Assembly (NCBI GenBank): GCA_021773335.1
Contig: JAJFKG010000051.1
Span: 133,985-197,984, forward strand
Direction: 5' to 3'
DNA from: Gammaproteobacteria bacterium
GTDB taxonomy: Bacteria; Pseudomonadota; Gammaproteobacteria; JAJFKG01
Length of the DNA: 64,000 nt
Shown here: piece by piece, positions 58,581 through 64,000 of the stretch
Position numbering within the stretch: position 1 is the stretch's first letter
Layout: the number at the start of each line of letters is the position of its first letter
Notes under the pieces: model-generated
What the model was told of the DNA's origin: nothing
The model's input: the letters and a program-made list of their open reading frames with translations, nothing else
Databases searched by the model: none
Position numbers and translations under genes: made by a program

Positions 58581-59801
58581 ATGAAGAAAGTACGTTTTTT
58601 CACGGTTGCTGTAGGGCTGATACTGGCTTTAATGCTCGGTAATAGTTTTGCAACCAGCCATGATAATGCTGCGGGTGCGTCCGCTAATACAACGGTGAGC
58701 AAACCAGCAAAGCAAAGCAATACGCAGGCATCGACTATGCAGCAGGCGATTACGACGGCAGGGAATATTACTAATTATACAGAGTCACCGGTGTTGGTTG
58801 GTGGTAATGTCGATATCACCGCGAATAATCCGCACAGTGCTTTTATCTTAGGCGGTCAAGTTGCGCTGGGAGGTAATGTTGGGCGTAATGCCGTGGTTTC
58901 TGGTGGTAAATTGCAGTTGAATGGCAAAGTTGGGCGTGGCGCGTATCTTGTCGGTGGCTTAGTCAATTTATCTAAGCAGAGTAGTGTGGCCAGCGGTGGT
59001 TTTATCCTCGGTGGTGAAGTGAACCTTGCTGGTAACATTAGCAAAGATGTACGCGTTATTGCCGGAAAAGTGAATATCGCTGGTAATATCGACGGTAATT
59101 TAAATGTAGTTGCGGGCAATATTCGTGTGGCCCCAACCGCACGTATTTCTGGCAAGCTCGAATACATTAGCCCTAATCCAGTGGTTGTTGCACCTGGTGC
59201 CATTGTTAAAGGTGGTGTGAGCAAAATGCCACAACAAGATGTTGCCCAAGCTAAAGGCACATTAGGTGGTGCGGCATGGATGCAGAAACTCATGTTTGTG
59301 GTCGGCATGTTCATAATAGGTATTGTCTTGAGCTTATTATTCCCACGTTTTGCTGGCTCAGTCGCGTGCAAGTTTGCAACGCGCTTTTGGTCTAGCTTTG
59401 GGATGGGGGTGCTTACCTTTATCGTTACCCCAATCGTTGCCTTTGTATTATTTGCAACGGTGGTTGGTGTTTCGCTTGGTGTGCTGTTACTCGTATTCTA
59501 CGCACTAGCGTTAACATTTGCTTATGTTTACGCAGCACAAGGCTTAGGTTTGTTGTGCTTGCGCATCGTTGGCAGCAAAGCACAAACCTTTACCAGTGGT
59601 AAGCTGATTATTGCCGTATTACTCGGTATGATCGTCTTATATATTTTCAGCTTAATACCTTATGCTGGGGCCTGGTTGATTTTCATTGCTTTAATGTTTG
59701 GTCTCGGTGCTTTAGTGATGGCTTTATATGGCTGTCATAAAGCTTGTGGCACCACATGTGGTCATAAAGAGGGTGATGAGAGAGTTGCGCATGAAAGCTA
59801 G
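58581..59801 (+). CDS. signal-peptide protein with bactofilin-like beta-helical repeat domain and C-terminal 4-TM region, His/Cys-rich tail
   Basis: Repeating G-x-V/I-x-I-x-G-N pattern across about 150 aa (GGNVDITANN…GGQVALGGNVGRNAVVSGGKLQLNGKVGRG…). TM helices follow. C-terminus CHKACGTTCGHKEGDE. Confidence 0.55.
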   Translation: MKKVRFFTVAVGLILALMLGNSFATSHDNAAGASANTTVSKPAKQSNTQASTMQQAITTAGNITNYTESPVLVGGNVDITANNPHSAFILGGQVALGGNVGRNAVVSGGKLQLNGKVGRGAYLVGGLVNLSKQSSVASGGFILGGEVNLAGNISKDVRVIAGKVNIAGNIDGNLNVVAGNIRVAPTARISGKLEYISPNPVVVAPGAIVKGGVSKMPQQDVAQAKGTLGGAAWMQKLMFVVGMFIIGIVLSLLFPRFAGSVACKFATRFWSSFGMGVLTFIVTPIVAFVLFATVVGVSLGVLLLVFYALALTFAYVYAAQGLGLLCLRIVGSKAQTFTSGKLIIAVLLGMIVLYIFSLIPYAGAWLIFIALMFGLGALVMALYGCHKACGTTCGHKEGDERVAHES

Positions 59802-59831
59802 TTAAAAGCGTACTTCAATTCAACTAATAAA

Positions 59832-59860
59832 ACGCGTCCTTTTAAGGGCGCGTTTTTTTT
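59832..59860. terminator. bidirectional rho-independent terminator between the bactofilin-like gene and bfr
   Basis: acgcgtcc-ttttaa-gggcgcgt followed by TTTTTTTT on the plus strand, with a T-rich run on the minus side. Confidence 0.55.
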
Positions 59861-59874
59861 GCAAAGAACCGCAG

Positions 59875-60339
59875 CTAAACTTGCGATTGCAAGTAATTTT
59901 GTACACCGATGGCATCGATAAGACTGAGTTGTGTCTCTAGCCAATCGACATGTTCTTCTTCGTTTTCTAAAATATCTTGTAACAGATCGCGTGAGACAAA
60001 ATCTTTGATTGACTCAGCGTAAGGGATAGCTTCTTTTAAAAGTGCGATGGCTTGGTGCTCTAGCTTGAGATCGCAACTCAACATTTCTTTGACATCTTCG
60101 CCAATGAATAATTTTCCTAGATCTTGTATATTGGGTAAACCCTCGAGAAATAAAATGCGCTCGATGAGTTCATCAGCATGTTTCATTTCTTCAATGGATT
60201 CTTCATATTCTTTGTCGGCGAGTTTTTTAAAACCCCAGTCTTTGAGCATGCGCGCGTGTAAAAAATATTGATTAATTGCAATCAATTCATTGCCTAATAC
60301 TTTATTTAAATACTCGATGATCTTCGCGTCGCCTTTCAT
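59875..60339 (-). CDS. bfr: bacterioferritin
   Basis: Start re-picked to ATG 60339 ([31 protein letters not shown]), with RBS AGGA. The ORF-track extension is spurious. Confidence 0.85.
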   Translation of the reverse strand: MKGDAKIIEYLNKVLGNELIAINQYFLHARMLKDWGFKKLADKEYEESIEEMKHADELIERILFLEGLPNIQDLGKLFIGEDVKEMLSCDLKLEHQAIALLKEAIPYAESIKDFVSRDLLQDILENEEEHVDWLETQLSLIDAIGVQNYLQSQV

Positions 60340-60505
60340 GCTGTCGTCCTTTTGTTCCTTTAGTGAGTGATAGGGGGGAGTGTAGGTAGAAATGGACACA
60401 GAAGTCAATATGAAGAACGTTTCACCATTGGTGGTAGCTGCTTTGCCAGACGCAGGTTGGTGTTGTGGAGCACGAAGCGGTGCGAAGCCCAATAAAAGGG
60501 GAGAA

Positions 60506-60697
60506 TTATGGGTTATCTGATTGGCGAGTTTCGTCGCTATTACTTTGTTTGAGTAACTCACGGGCATGACGCCCACACTTTCCGCATTGGCTGGCGACAC
60601 CCAGCTCACAATTTAGGTCGCGCATGGTGCACGCGCCATCTGAAACGGCTTTTTGAATCTGTTTTTCCGTCACTCCTCGACAAAGGCAAACAAACAT
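60506..60697 (-). CDS. bfd: bacterioferritin-associated ferredoxin
   Basis: [14 protein letters not shown] … QCGKCG pattern as in E. coli Bfd (MYVCLCNGISDKKI…NQCGKC). Confidence 0.8.
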   Translation of the reverse strand: MFVCLCRGVTEKQIQKAVSDGACTMRDLNCELGVASQCGKCGRHARELLKQSNSDETRQSDNP

Positions 60698-60792
60698 GAA
60701 GCACCTCATTACATAAGCAGCTGATTTTTCAGCAATTTCCATTTATCCATATGCTACTAAGAAGCATGTGTTACTAATGCATATTATACACA

Positions 60793-60812
60793 AATGAGAA
60801 TGATTGTCAATT
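60793..60812. promoter_or_regulatory. candidate Fur box upstream of bfd-bfr
   Basis: aatgagaatgattgtcaatt resembles GATAATGATAATCATTATC. It lies about 100 bp upstream of the bfd start. Confidence 0.35.
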
Positions 60813-60874
60813 GTATTTGGCTTTAACACTATACCGGCTAAGGGTGGACAGTAATGATATTTTGATGCTTGGAA

Positions 60875-63115
60875 TTAATGCTTATTCTCAGCATACTTAT
60901 CGCGCACATAGGTAACAAATTCCTCTTGAGTTAATGGTTTGCTAAAGTAAAATCCTTGCATTTCTAAGCAATTTTCTTTTCTTAAGAAATCGATTTGTTC
61001 TTGTGTTTCAACACCTTCAGCGATGACATCTAAATCTAAATTATTTGCCATGGAGATAATAGCGCGAATGACGGCTTCGTCATTTCGGTTTTGAAAGTTT
61101 TTTACAAAGGATTGATCGATTTTAAGTTGGTTAATAGGTAAATCTTTAAAGTATTTTAAGCTGGAATTACCCGTGCCAAAGTCATCGAATGAAACCTTGA
61201 TACCTTGTTCGATAATTTGATTTATAACGTCCAATAAAGCGGGGTTGCCAATCACAATATTTTCACTTAACTCAAATAATAAATACTGTCGTTCTAGACC
61301 CGTTTCTTCTAATATAGATAACGCCATGTTAATAAAATTGTTCTGGCTGAGTTGTAGTTCAGAAATGTTCACAGCGATGGGGACATGACAGATGCCCTTG
61401 TCTTGCCACGATTTATTTTGTTCGCATGCAGCACGCAGGACCCAGGCCCCTATCGTTGTTATGAGACCTGAATCTTCGGCCACTGGGACAAAATCAATAG
61501 GGTGTAGGACACCTTTCTTAGGATGATGCCAGCGAATCAATGCTTCAATGCCAACAAGTTTATTTTCGGGTAGTCTCAACTGTGGTTGATAACACAGGAA
61601 GAATTCTTGTTTCTTTATGGCACGTCTAAGGTCAGCTTCCATTTCTAGGCGTTGTAGAGTTTGTTCGTGTAATCGCGGTTTGTAAAATTGAAATTGTATG
61701 ACTTTACTCTCTTTAGCTAGATACATCGCCATATCGGCATTGCGCAGCAATTCCTCTGCGTTGTCTCCATCGTCAGGATAAATACTGATGCCGAAGCTTG
61801 CACTGATATTTATTTGATGGCCCGGAATAGCTATGGGATTTTCTATGATAGCTAGTAATTTTGTTACGATGTTTAGAATAGCGCGACGATTTTGTAGTTG
61901 CGATAAAACAATTACAAATTCATCTCCACCAATGCGGGAAATTACGTCATATTTACGTAATAGCGTTGAAACGCGTTCAGCAATCGTCTTTAAAACTTCA
62001 TCACCACTATCATGTGATAGACTGTCATTGATCAGTTTGAATCGATCTAAATCAAAGAACAAAATGGCAAAGAAGTTTTTATTGCGTTTTGCCCGAGCCA
62101 TTTCTTCTTCAATACGCTCGATAAGAAAAAAACGATTGGGTAAGCCGGTCAACAAGTCATGAGTGGCTCGGTATTCTAATTCTTTTTCAACCTGGATACG
62201 CTGAGTTATATCGCGAAAACGCCATACACGACCTATTGTTTTATTATCCAACTTTTGTGGTTGGGTATGGTATTCAAACATTCTATTATTTTTTAAAGCT
62301 AGTTCACCATTTTTTGTTTTCTCAGGATATTGATTAACTTCTTGTGTAACTTGTAGGAACTTGTCTGGCTTCTCAAGTTTAGTAGCGATATGTTTGATTA
62401 AATGATCAGGTTGCTCAGTATCCACAAGTGCCTTAGGGACTTCCCACAGACTAATTAATTTTTTATTAATTTTGATAACGTGATTTTTTTTGTCGGTGAC
62501 CAGTATACCTTCTGTAGAAGATTCTAATGTAGCTTGTATCATGGATAGAGAATTTTGTAGTGACCGGGTACGATCTTTTACTTGTGATTCAAGGTCTAAA
62601 ATATCTTGTTTCTTTTCATTAGATAGTTGCCAGTTTCTTGTGAGTGCAAATGCTAATTGTCTAACTGCAATGTTATCCAATGGCTTTTTTAAAATAAGAG
62701 GGAGATTTTCCATACCGAGACTTGCAAAGATTTCTTCCCATGTATGGTTTGGATAGGGTGTGCAAATGACGATTTGAATGTCTGGATCAACGGCTACAAG
62801 TCGTTTAATTGTTTTAATACCATTAATGCTTGGTGGCATATCTATAGCGACAAATGCTAATGAATAAGGCTTTTCTTCGTTGATTGCTTGTTTGACTTTT
62901 GCAACACCTTCTTCACCTTGTAGTGCTGAATCAATCTCAAATACTGGATAGCCCGTATATTGCGTGCCTTCGTTGCTACCAAGTATTTCCTGATCCAAGG
63001 TGTCAAACTCCCTATCATTTTTCTTTCGTACACGTAATATTTTCATGAAATTATCGTGGCTTTCAGGAGCATCATCGATGACAAGTACTTTAAAGGCTTT
63101 TATGTTCGCGCTCAT
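60875..63115 (-). CDS. response-regulator receiver - PAS - GGDEF - EAL multidomain c-di-GMP protein
   Basis: 746 aa. Receiver domain with VLVIDDAPE. GGDEF motif RIGGDEF. EAL motif EALIRW. Confidence 0.85.
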   Translation of the reverse strand: MSANIKAFKVLVIDDAPESHDNFMKILRVRKKNDREFDTLDQEILGSNEGTQYTGYPVFEIDSALQGEEGVAKVKQAINEEKPYSLAFVAIDMPPSINGIKTIKRLVAVDPDIQIVICTPYPNHTWEEIFASLGMENLPLILKKPLDNIAVRQLAFALTRNWQLSNEKKQDILDLESQVKDRTRSLQNSLSMIQATLESSTEGILVTDKKNHVIKINKKLISLWEVPKALVDTEQPDHLIKHIATKLEKPDKFLQVTQEVNQYPEKTKNGELALKNNRMFEYHTQPQKLDNKTIGRVWRFRDITQRIQVEKELEYRATHDLLTGLPNRFFLIERIEEEMARAKRNKNFFAILFFDLDRFKLINDSLSHDSGDEVLKTIAERVSTLLRKYDVISRIGGDEFVIVLSQLQNRRAILNIVTKLLAIIENPIAIPGHQINISASFGISIYPDDGDNAEELLRNADMAMYLAKESKVIQFQFYKPRLHEQTLQRLEMEADLRRAIKKQEFFLCYQPQLRLPENKLVGIEALIRWHHPKKGVLHPIDFVPVAEDSGLITTIGAWVLRAACEQNKSWQDKGICHVPIAVNISELQLSQNNFINMALSILEETGLERQYLLFELSENIVIGNPALLDVINQIIEQGIKVSFDDFGTGNSSLKYFKDLPINQLKIDQSFVKNFQNRNDEAVIRAIISMANNLDLDVIAEGVETQEQIDFLRKENCLEMQGFYFSKPLTQEEFVTYVRDKYAENKH

Positions 63116-63303
63116 GATTGCCCTTTGCTATTGTTATTTCTGGGGGAGAGGGGCGCAGTCAAATAAAAACTTGTGCCATACCCAATGTTTCTGCATTCCG
63201 GTGCTGAAAAACTTAAGCTGAGTGTTGATGTGAAATCTAATGCTGCGAAATCCTTTTCAGGACAATCGGGCACACGGTGGCAGCTGAAAACATGGATTTT
63301 CAT
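63112..63303 (-). CDS. candidate small upstream ORF (63 aa, 3 Cys) translationally coupled to the GGDEF-EAL gene
   Basis: ATG at 63303 (MKIHVFSCHRVPDCPEKDF…) is preceded by a strong purine-rich RBS AGGGAAAGGGAAGGA. Its stop overlaps the downstream start (ATGA). Confidence 0.3.
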   Translation of the reverse strand: MKIHVFSCHRVPDCPEKDFAALDFTSTLSLSFSAPECRNIGYGTSFYLTAPLSPRNNNSKGQS

Positions 63304-63856
63304 TGTCCTTCCCTTTCCCTGCTGGAGAGTCATTTAAGTTATCTAAACTATGTAGACTGAGTGGTTAGCCGATTGTTCCGTAAATTTTGCTCGAATGTGT
63401 GGCTAACTGAAATGGTTTATCATTTGTTGGTAACGGATAACTTTAATATGTTTAAAATCATATGGTTACATAAATGAGAAGTGTCTCGTTATATTCAGAG
63501 ATGTGAATTAGTCAGTGGGTGCTTGTGCGAGGCTCGACAAGGCGAATTTTAATGTAATTGATTAATTTAAAAGCTTTTTTGCTAAATAATCCCCGATTTT
63601 TTGCCTTTGAATGAGTTCTTTTTTTGACAACGAATTGAATCTATGGCGTGAAAACGACGCCTCAATTTAACTATATATATAGTATCAAGGTGTTGAGCTT
63701 TGTTTAGAAATAATGGTTCTGTGCTAATCAGGGTTTAGCAAGCAAGTCCAGCATTGACTTTCTTTGGCGCTTTGTGGACACTGGCGCGGTATTTTTAATT
63801 GCAAAGCTACGCAGTTAATTATGTTGATGTCTTTGCAGTCTATAATAAACAAAGGA

Positions 63857-64000
63857 GAGCGGTTCATGAGTATTCTCGTCGGTCGTAAGGCCCCAGATTT
63901 TAGAGCAGCGGCGGTGCTTGGTAATGGTGAGATCATTGATGATTTCCATTTCGCACAGGCAACCAAAGGCAAGTACGCGATTGTGTTTTTCTACCCACTA
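63857..64000 (+). CDS. ahpC: peroxiredoxin AhpC/TSA family (5' part, runs off the window)
   Basis: MSILVGRKAPDFRAAAVLGNGEIIDDF…KGKYAIVFFYPL. RBS AAGGAGAG. Confidence 0.8.

Noticed and set aside
59875-60609. 244-aa ORF-track model for bacterioferritin, overlapping bfd
   Set aside because: The conserved Bfr N-terminus ([13 protein letters not shown]) with RBS starts at 60339. The upstream 90 codons are unconserved and would overlap bfd.
1-64000. Search for CRISPR arrays, tRNA/rRNA genes, transposases, integrases
   Set aside because: Not present. No regularly spaced direct repeats with unique spacers, no tRNA-like cloverleaf signatures (GTTCGAATC/T-loop motifs), and no ORF with DDE or tyrosine-recombinase motifs was found.

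Overview
This window is gammaproteobacterial chromosome at roughly 42-45% GC. It is mostly conserved core genes, with a few orphan and accessory patches and several families of miniature palindromic repeats. I found no rRNA, tRNA, CRISPR array, transposase or integrase.

Conserved housekeeping blocks:
- Replication and translation: rplI-dnaB-alr, the rpsP-rimM-trmD-rplS operon next to ffh, and divergent ypjD-yfjD-like genes.
- Biosynthesis and repair: alaC, a hom-pheA-phhA-thrC-recJ block, ispA/idi, dusA, ddl.
- Nucleotide and sulfur metabolism: class Ia nrdAB of the Pseudomonas type, and a cystathionine beta-synthase/gamma-lyase pair.
- Iron and oxidative stress: an FtrABCD-like Fe2+ uptake cluster (P19, polyferredoxin, FTR1 permease), then argD, sodB, grxD, bfr-bfd, tpx and the start of ahpC.

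Orphan and accessory content:
- An AT-rich cassette of about 1.5 kb at 15.6-17.1 kb carries a DUF2971-family gene and is bounded by long inverted repeats.
- A giant orphan protein of about 1854 aa (27.0-32.6 kb) is alpha-helical and low-complexity.
- An orphan patch at 32.7-39.9 kb holds a 2OG oxygenase, an FAD monooxygenase and three unannotatable proteins.
- A separate orphan protein of 539 aa lies at 4.9-6.5 kb, flanked downstream by a REP/BIME-like element.
- Further AT-rich patches hold a DUF4143 AAA ATPase fronted by tandem repeats, a GT-B glycosyltransferase, and a REC-PAS-GGDEF-EAL protein with a translationally coupled upstream small ORF.

Repeat families:
- Four intergenic composite elements are built from E. 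coli-like REP palindromes (gtagcccggataag...cttatccgggctac) and a second palindrome (gtagccttgataag...cttatcaaggctac).
- A hairpin family (ctggtcccc...ggggaccttaa) occurs in at least five copies.
- One MITE-like element sits between recJ and ispA.

The run of unannotatable, coiled-coil, low-complexity proteins suggests an intracellular, effector-rich lifestyle, possibly Legionellales-like; this is inference only. ORF-track start codons include GTG and TTG, so I re-picked starts from conserved N-termini and RBS where possible.
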